Source of the DNA: Candidatus Hodarchaeota archaeon
GTDB lineage: Archaea; Asgardarchaeota; Heimdallarchaeia; Hodarchaeales; Hodarchaeaceae
Assembly: GCA_029856365.1 (NCBI GenBank)
Contig: JAHQWW010000003.1
Coordinates: 52,040-116,039, forward strand
Direction of reading: 5' to 3'
Length of the DNA stretch: 64,000 nt
The position numbers and the translations under genes were made by a program. The notes beneath the pieces were generated by a model. The model made no database searches, was not told the DNA's origin, and saw nothing but the letters and a program-made list of their open reading frames with translations. Shown piece by piece: positions 49,900 to 59,609 of this stretch. How positions within the stretch are numbered: the first letter of the stretch is position 1; each line of letters starts with the position of its first letter.

Positions 49900-50373
49900 T
49901 TAAAAATTTTCTAATTCTTTAAGTGCTGCCATGATTGATTGAGATTCTGGTTTCTTTATTTTGACAGCAGAAGGTTCTGTTATCTTATCCATCAGAGAAG
50001 ACAAAGCTTCAGAGGATTCCTTCATCTTGACACGAATTAATCCAAGTTGAGCATCTGGTTCGGCCACAACAACTAAAATACCTCGCTCACCGCTTTGTGC
50101 GGTGAGAATTTTGCCATCATTAAATTCGGCAAGCATTATTCCTAGCTCTCCTAATGTAAGAGCACTCCCTTGTTCCGCAGCTCCACAAAATACAGCAGAG
50201 GCAATTGCTCCAATACTTTCGAGATCAAAGGCTCCCATTGTTTCTGAAACTAATAGCCTAGAAGCTCTAGCTATGGTCAATCCAGTTCTATCACCCAATA
50301 GAGTGACCTTAATAGAAGTATCACTTTTCAATAGACGAGTCAGCTCGCGGTGGATTTCGTCTCTTTGTACCAT
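49900..50373 (-). CDS. Roadblock/LC7 domain protein
   Basis: LLGDRTGLTIA...GAIASAVF...ILVVVAEPDAQLGLIR; AGGTGA SD. Confidence 0.9.
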   Translation of the reverse strand: MVQRDEIHRELTRLLKSDTSIKVTLLGDRTGLTIARASRLLVSETMGAFDLESIGAIASAVFCGAAEQGSALTLGELGIMLAEFNDGKILTAQSGERGILVVVAEPDAQLGLIRVKMKESSEALSSLMDKITEPSAVKIKKPESQSIMAALKELENF

Positions 50374-50498
50374 ACAGCTTTCACCTAAATCCTCATAACT
50401 TTCTAGTCACTGTTCCACTTATATCACTTTTCAATATTATGATTATAAATTCTTTTTCTAATGTTTCTTTAATACGTTACACCTTCAATTTAACTGTT

Positions 50499-51218
50499 TC
50501 AAAGAATAACAATTACGATGACTAAGGCAATTACTGACCCTGCTAATAAGGCTAATAATGTCCTGTTCTGAGTTAACTTTCTAGAAATTTTTCCTAACGT
50601 AGATTGAACTTTTTGTAGTTTACTGTCAACCTCTGTAATTTTCTCGTCAATCTTATCGATTTTGACACCTTGTTCGTCAAGTCTTTGTGTTAAGGTAGTC
50701 AGACTTTGAGAAATTTGATTCATTTGAGCATTCATTTGATCCATTGATGTTAGAAATGAATTCTCTAGAATTTGAAGCCGTTCTTCTAAGGTGCCTACAT
50801 TTTGGGATGTGATCACTTCACCAGGGTAAGCTAACTCATATATACGGTTTCCCATTTCATCACTTGCAGATGGAGCGGCTTGTAAATCCATTGATTCTAT
50901 CGATTCGCTTATATTAGCCAATGTTCCTCGCAATAGGTGCATCTTTCGTTTCGTTTCTCTTATCTCGCCTACTTTTTCATTTTGCTTACGCACGCGTTTT
51001 GGTTGTATGAACTTAGGCATTGATGATAAAACCTTTGAAGAAATTGATCGTTTCTGAATAACTTGGTTAGAATAACCTTTAGAGATATCATCCGCCATTT
51101 CTTCCATAGATTCCAAAACAGACTCAAGATCGTCGATGAAACCTACAATGAGCTCTTTCTCGCTGGGTTCTTCAGTTTTTTTTAACCATTTTCCTAATTT
51201 TTTTGTAATAACAGACAT
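50499..51218 (-). CDS. Tail-anchored SNARE-like protein
   Basis: Heptad region ...LTQRLDEQGVKIDKIDEKITEVDSKL... with central Q, basic linker and a TM helix at the extreme C-terminus. GGAGG SD favours the MSVITKK start at 51218. Confidence 0.75.
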   Translation of the reverse strand: MSVITKKLGKWLKKTEEPSEKELIVGFIDDLESVLESMEEMADDISKGYSNQVIQKRSISSKVLSSMPKFIQPKRVRKQNEKVGEIRETKRKMHLLRGTLANISESIESMDLQAAPSASDEMGNRIYELAYPGEVITSQNVGTLEERLQILENSFLTSMDQMNAQMNQISQSLTTLTQRLDEQGVKIDKIDEKITEVDSKLQKVQSTLGKISRKLTQNRTLLALLAGSVIALVIVIVIL

Positions 51219-51622
51219 TCTTTTTCCTCCAGCTCGCTTATTCTGGAAATTAACAAATTTAATCATGTAGTTATGATGTAACACCTTTATTTGAGATTTT
51301 CATTGTTCTTTAAATTTAAATTAATTTAACTTATTCTTTCAAGGATATTCTTTGATAAGTAAGTGCATAATCATCTTTTAGAACTCTTTATTCTATATTA
51401 CACACCGAGATTTTCTCTTTTAAATTGTTCCAATGATCAATCAAGTTTTTATTAAACATTAAATGATTATGTGTTTTTGTGTCGATCATTAGGTTTTATG
51501 TTCAATCATTACCATCATTAAGATTATTATTAAAAAATTTTAATACAATAAAATTAAGCATACAAGCATAAAGGATATGAAGACCTCTAGAAGATAACCT
51601 TTCCTACAAGGAAGGAATTCTT

Positions 51623-52930
51623 ATGCAAACAACAAATAATTCTTTGATACTTTCAAATGCAAGTGAAATTGTAACACTTAAATCTAAAAGTTCTACTTCC
51701 TCCTTAAGAATGAGCGACCAGGATTTGATATTAATCAACAATGGATCTCTTATTATCCAAAATGGGAAAATCACTGATATTCTTGATTATCCTGTTTCTA
51801 ACTCTAATAGTCCCATACCTGAACCATTTACTTTGTTGGATGTAACTGAGAAAACAGTAATTCCAGGTTTAGTTGATTCTCACACACATGTTTCTTTTGC
51901 AGGAAATCGTGAAGATGAATTAGAAATGAAGTTGCGAGGATTATCTTATCTTGAAATCCTTAAACAAGGCGGGGGAATCATGAGAACAGTTAAAGCAACA
52001 CGAAAAGCTAATCTAGAAGAATTAGTTGAGAGAGGTAAAGAAAATGCAGAGATTATGCTTAAACACGGAACTACCACTATCGAGGCAAAAAGTGGTTATG
52101 GTCTCGATATGGAAACCGAGATCAAACAATTAAAAGCTTTAAGAGAATTAAATCAAAAGTGTTATAGTACAGTGATTCCAACATATTTAGGCGCTCATGC
52201 TCTGCCACCCGAGTATTCTAATCAAAGGGAAAAATATGTTAATTTAATGATAGAAGAGGTCATTCCTATAATCTCAAAAAATCATTTGGCTACATTTATT
52301 GATGTTTTCTGCGAAAAAGGTGTTTTTTCTATTCAAGAAAGCCGAGAAATTCTATTAACAGGAAAAAAAGTAGGTCTGAGGCCGAAAATTCATGCTGATG
52401 AGATAGAACGAATGGGAGGGGCTCAGCTAGCTGCAGAAGTAGGAGCTATTTCGGCTGATCATCTGTTGATGACTGATGATGACGGATTCAGAGCTCTTGC
52501 GGATGCAGGAGTCATTCCAGTACTTTTACCTGGAACTCCTTTCTCCCTTATGAAAAATGAGTACCCATCTGCTCGTCGAATGATTGATGAATTTGATCTC
52601 CCGGTAGCATTAGCTACTGATCTGAATCCAAATTGTTTTTGTCATTCTATGCTCCAAATCATCACTTTAGCTTGTTTCAACATGCAAATGTCACCTACAG
52701 AAGCCTTACTTGCTGCAACTAGTAATTCTGCTGCAGCTATTGGTCTTCAAAGAAATATAGGAAGTATCGAGGTAGGGACACAAGCTGATTTAGTAGTAAT
52801 AAACGCACCTAATTGTAAATTCATTCCATACAAGTTTGGATCAGCTAGTCTGATAAATACGGTAATAAAGAACGGTAGAATAGTTGCAGCGAATGATCCT
52901 GCTCTTATTACAACACACGAATGCTTATAG
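51623..52930 (+). CDS. hutI: Imidazolonepropionase
   Basis: PGLVDSHTH, GGGI, EAKSGYG, GAHA, DVFCEKG, HADE, SADHL, ATDLNP. Confidence 0.95.
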   Translation: MQTTNNSLILSNASEIVTLKSKSSTSSLRMSDQDLILINNGSLIIQNGKITDILDYPVSNSNSPIPEPFTLLDVTEKTVIPGLVDSHTHVSFAGNREDELEMKLRGLSYLEILKQGGGIMRTVKATRKANLEELVERGKENAEIMLKHGTTTIEAKSGYGLDMETEIKQLKALRELNQKCYSTVIPTYLGAHALPPEYSNQREKYVNLMIEEVIPIISKNHLATFIDVFCEKGVFSIQESREILLTGKKVGLRPKIHADEIERMGGAQLAAEVGAISADHLLMTDDDGFRALADAGVIPVLLPGTPFSLMKNEYPSARRMIDEFDLPVALATDLNPNCFCHSMLQIITLACFNMQMSPTEALLAATSNSAAAIGLQRNIGSIEVGTQADLVVINAPNCKFIPYKFGSASLINTVIKNGRIVAANDPALITTHECL

Positions 52931-54424
52931 CTTCCTGTTTTTGATTAATTCGACACATCGATTAATTTCGGGTGACAATTCACGATCATCACTGAGAGTT
53001 GGTACAACTTTTCGAATTGTTTGATATACTCCTAGAGATTTAGGGGCGACTTGATCTTGAATTCCAGCCAAGTCAATGGCTTGTGATGCACACAGGAGTT
53101 CAATAGCGAGAACATATTGGACATTCTTAATAATTTTCCGAGCCTGAATCGCTGCGATAGTTCCCATACTCACATGATCTTCTTGATTGGCAGATACTGG
53201 TATCGAATCGATTGAAGCTGGGAATGCCAAGTGTTTATTTTCGGATACTAATGAAGCAGCCGTATATTGAGCTATCATATAACCAGAGTTCACTCCACTC
53301 CTAAGGGTTAGAAATGCGGGTAAACCACTGAGAGTAGGGTTCAATAACCGCTCTATCCTACGTTCTGAAATATTTCCCAGCTCAGCAATAGAGATACCTA
53401 AGAAATCCATGACTAAAGCGATGGGCTGCCCATGAAAGTTTCCACCACTAAGGATGTTATCTGGAGAAAAAATTAAAGGATTGTCAGTTGAGGAGTTTAT
53501 TTCAGTATTTACAACATTTTTTACAAATCTAATTGTATCCAATGTAGCTCCGTGAACTGTAGGAACACAACGTAGAGAATAACTGTCTTGATAAGCAATA
53601 GATTGGCGTGTTCGCTTGCTTCCTTTTAGATATTCACGAATTGATTTAGCTGTTTGTATTTGGCCTTTATGTGGACGCGCCTCGTGAATTAATGGGTTTA
53701 ATGCATCAATATTAGCTTGATGTACTTCCATGCTCATGCTAGCTGCTAGATTCGCAATTTTGACAAGATACTCTGCATCTACCACCGCTATTGCTGCTAT
53801 CGAGGTCATAGCTTGAGTTCCATTGAGAAGAGCTAGGCCTTCTTTAGCAATCAGTTTTATAGGTGACAAGCTAGCTTTATCTAAAGCTTGGAGCCCTGTC
53901 ATCCGCATTCCCCCATAATTCGCAAAACCTTTACCGATTAAAACCAGCGCGAGATGTGCTAATGGAGCTAGGTCTCCGCTCGCCCCTAAGCTTCCCCGTG
54001 AGGGCACGACAGGAATGATATTTTTATTCAGGAAATCCATTAATAGGGATACTAACTTCAAACGAATACCAGAGTGACCTCGTGCAAATTTATTGACTTG
54101 GAGTACCATCATACCTCTTACCACCTCCTGAGAGAATTCTGAACCCACTCCAGCAGAATGACTAAGCACTAAGTTCTTTTGCAGTTTTTCAGCATCAAGA
54201 GGTGAAACAGCTGTATTTTGTAAATATCCAAATCCAGTAGTAACACCATATACCATACGTTTTTCATTCAGAATATCTTGTACAATTTTAGCAGCTTGAT
54301 TAATCCTTTCTTTGGCTTCATCAGTAATATCAACTATTTTATGATCACGAGCAACAGCAACTAGGTCCACGATAGATAGATCATTCCCATTTAATTCGAT
54401 TATTGATTTGTGCATTATTATCAC
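52925..54424 (-). CDS. hutH: Histidine ammonia-lyase
   Basis: YGVTTGFG, GSLGASGDLAPL (MIO), QDSYSLRC, GGNFHG, QEDHVSMG. Confidence 0.96.
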   Translation of the reverse strand: MIIMHKSIIELNGNDLSIVDLVAVARDHKIVDITDEAKERINQAAKIVQDILNEKRMVYGVTTGFGYLQNTAVSPLDAEKLQKNLVLSHSAGVGSEFSQEVVRGMMVLQVNKFARGHSGIRLKLVSLLMDFLNKNIIPVVPSRGSLGASGDLAPLAHLALVLIGKGFANYGGMRMTGLQALDKASLSPIKLIAKEGLALLNGTQAMTSIAAIAVVDAEYLVKIANLAASMSMEVHQANIDALNPLIHEARPHKGQIQTAKSIREYLKGSKRTRQSIAYQDSYSLRCVPTVHGATLDTIRFVKNVVNTEINSSTDNPLIFSPDNILSGGNFHGQPIALVMDFLGISIAELGNISERRIERLLNPTLSGLPAFLTLRSGVNSGYMIAQYTAASLVSENKHLAFPASIDSIPVSANQEDHVSMGTIAAIQARKIIKNVQYVLAIELLCASQAIDLAGIQDQVAPKSLGVYQTIRKVVPTLSDDRELSPEINRCVELIKNRKL

Positions 54425-54672
54425 ATTATAAGTAATGGAAAAGATTTTAGAACTTTAACTTAATTTTTCTAATCTCAATTTTGCTTTTATAATACTAGAA
54501 CTCATGCTAAAGGCATATTATAGTGTCATAAAAATCTATTTTTAAGTCATAGGAAGAATCCTTCTATATCTTGCACTTATTCATCAATTGTTGAAAAATA
54601 CTTCTTTATGTTGAAGAAGTTTAGTGAAAGCTCCAATAATTTTGAACAATTGATCCCTTGGTTCTCAAAAGC

Positions 54673-56559
54673 TTAGAGAAGATCGAGTGATACTGTTTCC
54701 ATAGGTGGATAGAGCTTTATCTGGGTACGCTCTTCTACCAACTGAATGAGTTCCAAATACAATCTTTTATAATTCATTTGTCTCTGGTTAGTTTTTCCAG
54801 GTAAAGCAATCTCATTGACACTTGCAACTTGAAAAGCTTTATTGTAACCCGCAGCAGCATGACGTAAAATTGCTGACATTGGATCCCAGGTTAATACCCG
54901 AAAGATCATCTCTTGAGACAAAGGAGTTCCATCAGCAACACATACCTGACCTGCATGAAGCGAGTATCCTACGCCAACTCCTCCTCCACCGTGATAGCTG
55001 GTCCAAGTTGCCCCACAAAGAGAGTTTCCTAATAAATTTAAAACTGGATAGTCTCCAATCGCATCAGAACCATCTTTCATTCCTTCTGTTTCTCGATAAG
55101 GACTTGCTACAGAACCTCCATCAAGATGATCTCGTCCAATTATCACAGGAGCTTTAATTAAACCATCAGAATATAGCTTATTCAGAAGCATTCCAAATGC
55201 AGCCCTTCCTTTATATCCTGTCCAGAATACCCGCGCAGGTAAACCGCCCTCAAAGGGAATATATTTAGATGCTAGGTTTATCCAGTTTATTAACATTGGT
55301 TCATCGTAAAATAATAGTTTAGCATATTTATCTGTAACACGAATATCTTCTGGGTCATTTGAGAGAGCTGCCCATCGAAATGGCCCTTTCCCCTCACAAA
55401 ATAGAGGACGGATATAATTAGGTACAAATCCAGAGAAGTGAAAAGCATCAGAAAGTCCTGCATTATACGCTTGAGCTCTAATATTATTCCCATAATCAAA
55501 TGTTTCTGCACCTCTCTCTTGCAAAGTCAGCATTGTTTGTACATGTTGTTTTACTGTTTCAAATGCTTGTCTCTTATATTCTTTAGGATTTGATTTTCTA
55601 AGCTCTATCGCTTCTGAATAAGTCATATTAGCTGGAATATAGCCATTTAACATATCATGAGCTGAAGTTTGATCAGTAAGGACATGAGGAGTAATGTTTT
55701 GTGCAATTAAATATTTTAAGAGATCCACAGCATTACACAGAATACCTATCGATGTAGGTTCACCTTTTTCCACAGATTCTCGCGCTAGTTGAATCCCCTC
55801 TGTAATTGATTTCACTTTTTTGTCTAAATAAGGAGTTCCTTTGTCCCTACCCTGATGAAATATCCGATCTAGATTTTCAGGATCAATTTCTGCAATTAGA
55901 GAAGTTTTACCGGCCATTTTTATAGCTAAGGGCTGAGCTCCTCCCATTAAACCTAAACCTGCAGTTACAACAAGATTCTGTTCAAAATATGAAAGTTTAG
56001 AAAATGGTTCTTTAGATTCAGCTGCTTTTATTGCCGCAACGACAGTTTCATAAGTTCCTTGAATAATTCCTTGTAAACCAATAAAAATCCAGCTTCCTGC
56101 AGTCATTTGACCATAAACAGTTAGCCCTGCATCGACCATCTCTTGAAAGGATTGAACCCAATTTGGGACAATTACTGAATTAGTAACAACACAACGAGGC
56201 GCAAGGGGGTGAGTTATTGTTTTGCCATAAGGAACCCCTGATTGCATGAATAGAGTCTCATTGGGCTTTAGAGTCCTCAGTAATTCAAGTGTATCATAGT
56301 AAGCTTTCCAATTTCGCATAGCTTTTCCACTACCTCCATAGATGAAGAATTTTTCCCAATTTTTACCGTTATGGAGGTTTGAAATTATTGCACGGATGAT
56401 CCCCTCAGTTTGCCATCCAGCTAGAGTTGTTGGAGTAAGTGCATCCTTTCCACGAGGAAGTGAAGGGATGTCTTTGGGCTTTAAATCCAATCGTAATCTT
56501 TCAATTTCACTAAGTTTATGTGCACCTTCTTGGATTTCTTTCAATCGTGTTTTTTTCAT
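54673..56559 (-). CDS. hutU: Urocanate hydratase
   Basis: YGQMTAGSW, TDQTSAHD, GKGPFRW, GRDHLD, SPYRETE, HGGGG. Confidence 0.96.
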   Translation of the reverse strand: MKKTRLKEIQEGAHKLSEIERLRLDLKPKDIPSLPRGKDALTPTTLAGWQTEGIIRAIISNLHNGKNWEKFFIYGGSGKAMRNWKAYYDTLELLRTLKPNETLFMQSGVPYGKTITHPLAPRCVVTNSVIVPNWVQSFQEMVDAGLTVYGQMTAGSWIFIGLQGIIQGTYETVVAAIKAAESKEPFSKLSYFEQNLVVTAGLGLMGGAQPLAIKMAGKTSLIAEIDPENLDRIFHQGRDKGTPYLDKKVKSITEGIQLARESVEKGEPTSIGILCNAVDLLKYLIAQNITPHVLTDQTSAHDMLNGYIPANMTYSEAIELRKSNPKEYKRQAFETVKQHVQTMLTLQERGAETFDYGNNIRAQAYNAGLSDAFHFSGFVPNYIRPLFCEGKGPFRWAALSNDPEDIRVTDKYAKLLFYDEPMLINWINLASKYIPFEGGLPARVFWTGYKGRAAFGMLLNKLYSDGLIKAPVIIGRDHLDGGSVASPYRETEGMKDGSDAIGDYPVLNLLGNSLCGATWTSYHGGGGVGVGYSLHAGQVCVADGTPLSQEMIFRVLTWDPMSAILRHAAAGYNKAFQVASVNEIALPGKTNQRQMNYKRLYLELIQLVEERTQIKLYPPMETVSLDLL

Positions 56560-56719
56560 TTAATATTGCACTCCAAATTTCAGTAATCTTCAAGAGGATT
56601 TTATTCGTAAAAGCTCTAGACTTAGAATGGTATAATTCTTCTCTAATGCCGAGAATGGTTGTTATTGGGTTAAATTTCAGTTTCTCCTAATGAATAGGAG
56701 ACAAACAACTAATCATGAA

Positions 56720-57460
56720 TTATCCTTTTCGCAGTTCAGAAACTAGAATATCACGAATTACCATTTGAATAGGTTGAATGATTCTTTGGACTGCTTGAGG
56801 ACGTCGTTTGGGATTCCATTCCCCCTTACCCCAGGCCTCTTTTAAAGCTTCTAATGCTTCTAGACAACTGACTTCAAAAGTACTAGCAAAAGTATCCCGT
56901 AATTTGTCAGAAACACCAGCTTCTAACATTAATCTTCCAACATCTGCAGTAGAAATTCGTGTTTCAGCAGGAAGATCCATTTTATTGAGCATAATGGCCA
57001 TCTTAACTTCTCGATTATAGAGCTTCTCACCCAATATCTGAAAAAGTTCAGTGAGGCTGTCCTTATTCTCCTCCCAGCGAGCACTCTCTGAATCAACTAC
57101 CACAATTAGTCCGTGGAGCCCATTCACAACGATTTTTCTCATTGATTTAAAACGATCTTGGCCTGGTGTTGTAAAAAGATGATATTTAAATCCTGTTCCT
57201 GGTCCTGTGCCTAAACCAAACGTTGCTTGATCGAAACCAATAGTTCGTTCAGTTGCTTTATCCTCGAGTTTCAAAAAGTTATAAACGCTCTCAGGATCCT
57301 CTTTCTTCTTGATAGCATGAAATAAACTGAGTGCAGTAGTTTTTCCAGCTAACGTTGGACCCCAAAATACAATTTTAATTCCTTTTTGAGCCTCTTCAAA
57401 AACAAGTTCTTCTTCCTGACTCAATGAAGCTTCCTCGTGTGTGTTAATTGTCCACGACAA
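56720..57460 (-). CDS. MglA-family small GTPase
   Basis: KIVFWGPTLAGKTT, ERTIGFD, HLFTTPGQ, VVDS, NKMDLP. Confidence 0.9.
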   Translation of the reverse strand: MSWTINTHEEASLSQEEELVFEEAQKGIKIVFWGPTLAGKTTALSLFHAIKKKEDPESVYNFLKLEDKATERTIGFDQATFGLGTGPGTGFKYHLFTTPGQDRFKSMRKIVVNGLHGLIVVVDSESARWEENKDSLTELFQILGEKLYNREVKMAIMLNKMDLPAETRISTADVGRLMLEAGVSDKLRDTFASTFEVSCLEALEALKEAWGKGEWNPKRRPQAVQRIIQPIQMVIRDILVSELRKG

Positions 57461-57651
57461 AGAATATTAACCTTTCAAGCTGATAACATACTGGAGAGTG
57501 TTAAAAACACTTGACTCTGAGCTAACACGTATATCTCCTTTATCATTATTATATATTTTATTCTATTTAACAACTTCATCCTACAATGTTAGAAATCAAA
57601 GTAATTTAATGAAAAGTTAATCAAATAATCATAATAATACTATCTTATTAT

Positions 57652-58434
57652 TTGCTAAACAGTTCTCAATTTAAGTTTCCAGTTTTGTGGAGAAAAAGAA
57701 TGTCTGATTTTGATATAATTGCAGTTTCTCCTCATCCAGACGATGCAGAGATTGGATGTGGTGGAACCCTAGCTCAACTTGCTGAATTAGGATATCGAGT
57801 AGGAATCATTGATTTAACAGATGGAGAACCAACCCCCTTTAATGATAATCCCGAAATTCGGATAGAGGAGTCTTTGCAAGCAGCTAAAATATTAGGAGTT
57901 GAAAGAATATTACTCAATCTCCCTAATCGCAGTCTTATGGATAATATCGATGCTAGGATGACCTTAGCTAAAACATTTCGTCAAATTAGGCCTAAAATAG
58001 TAATCGGAATGCTGGGAATGACTCCTCAAGGATCACCTGACCACTATCAAAGCCAACTTATTTTTGATGCTGCTATTTTTTACAGCCGTTTATCTAAATG
58101 GGAGCATCACTTTGATAATCTTCCTCCGTGGAGAATTGAAAATACATTTTACTACTATACTGCTCGAGAATTGATTCCTTCAGATCTCCCTCTTCAGTTC
58201 ATCGTGGATATTGATAAGCACTTTGAGATTAAAAAACAAGCATTATTAGCTTATAAATCACAATTTAAGGCGCATTCTTCTTATAATCCACCAATCATCG
58301 ATTGGATAGAAGGTATGGGGCGCTATTTTGGATCGCTAATCAATAGAAGATACGGGGAGGTCTTTTATGGAACAAAAGTATTAAATCTTAATCTTTTTCA
58401 ATATTATCTCTCGTCTACCTCATATTTGAAGTGA
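57652..58434 (+). CDS. PIG-L/LmbE-family N-deacetylase (BshB1-like; likely start 57700)
   Basis: SPHPDDAEIGCGGT, DLTDGE, PDH, AYKSQF. Confidence 0.9.
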   Translation: MLNSSQFKFPVLWRKRMSDFDIIAVSPHPDDAEIGCGGTLAQLAELGYRVGIIDLTDGEPTPFNDNPEIRIEESLQAAKILGVERILLNLPNRSLMDNIDARMTLAKTFRQIRPKIVIGMLGMTPQGSPDHYQSQLIFDAAIFYSRLSKWEHHFDNLPPWRIENTFYYYTARELIPSDLPLQFIVDIDKHFEIKKQALLAYKSQFKAHSSYNPPIIDWIEGMGRYFGSLINRRYGEVFYGTKVLNLNLFQYYLSSTSYLK

Positions 58435-58574
58435 AGAAACAAGCATTTTATCTTAAATTAATTTGCTGTTAATGTCCTTGAGAACACTTTTCTTGCCATT
58501 TATCCCACACCTGTTTTGGACTTCTAACTAACTTGGTCAAAACTTGATATATATGCTATTCAAGTAAAAATACG

Positions 58575-59501
58575 TTATTCATCAACATGATTTCGTGCTA
58601 TCTTTGCTGCAAACAGGGCGTACTCTAAGAAATCTTGGGGTTCTAATTGTTCGATTGAGTCTTTTAGAGCTGTTAGAATTCGGTCATGTTCAGTCTTATC
58701 AAGAAGGGCTTTTTGTGATAAACACTTAGAATAAAACACTGCAGAGTCCTGAAAGCTTCCTAATTCATAGAGCCCATCAGCAAGTTCCTGGTGCTCTTCA
58801 GGGGGATTAATTCGTGTTTCAGATGTGAGACTATCTAAAAGATCAGCGTAGTGCTTTAAAGCGATGATCGCACAACGAAGACCTTCAATGACTGCATGCT
58901 TTGATAGACTATCACAAATTTTCGTATGTAGATTCAAAATCAAACTTTGCTCACGTTCATTTTTTGGAGTTATCTTTCTCAAACGCTGAATTACACGCCA
59001 ATATTGAGGCACCTCATATCCTTGAATGGGATCAGAAAAACGTTGTAAAATTCGAGATTTTACACCATAATCCGATAGATCCTTTACATCTGTTTCTAGC
59101 CCAAGAACTTCAGTTATTCCGAACTCTCGCATTTTCGCAGAATAAAACGATTTTAAATAACTATAAAAATCAAAATTGTTGGAATATATCTTTTTGACGT
59201 ATTTTAATGCTATATGTTGAAATTTAGGAAAACTAGATGGATCGATTAGTTGAAATAGTTGAATTTCAGAACCGTGGACTATAGCCATGGAGATTACTTG
59301 ACCCTGTAATCCATCAGACTCGAGTTTTAAGATCGCTGTGCCACTTGGGAGAGAAATTGGAATACTTACTGTTTTCTCAAAAACAGGTTTTTCTAGATCA
59401 TCGTTTGTAACCCAGTCTTCAACTAGAAGATTACTAAAAATCCAAAGCTCAGGTTGGCTGGAAATCTCTAATAATGTTTTTCGTGATCGCTTCCGTGGCA
59501 A
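58575..59501 (-). CDS. Hypothetical protein, possibly a degenerate YprB/RNase_H_2-like exonuclease fold + TPR
   Basis: LESDGL (cf. DIETTGL), DPIQGYEVPQYW, KHAVIEG (cf. HN..D), then a TPR-like LADGLYELGSFQDSAVFY. Confidence 0.5.
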   Translation of the reverse strand: MPRKRSRKTLLEISSQPELWIFSNLLVEDWVTNDDLEKPVFEKTVSIPISLPSGTAILKLESDGLQGQVISMAIVHGSEIQLFQLIDPSSFPKFQHIALKYVKKIYSNNFDFYSYLKSFYSAKMREFGITEVLGLETDVKDLSDYGVKSRILQRFSDPIQGYEVPQYWRVIQRLRKITPKNEREQSLILNLHTKICDSLSKHAVIEGLRCAIIALKHYADLLDSLTSETRINPPEEHQELADGLYELGSFQDSAVFYSKCLSQKALLDKTEHDRILTALKDSIEQLEPQDFLEYALFAAKIARNHVDE

Positions 59502-59609
59502 TACTCTAACACTTCTTTCTTTTATTCATATAAATATAGTAAATCCGTTTTGATAAATGTTTTTTTTCAATTGGAGAAATTTCTACCCTTCACATTTAAG
59601 ATTATCAGA

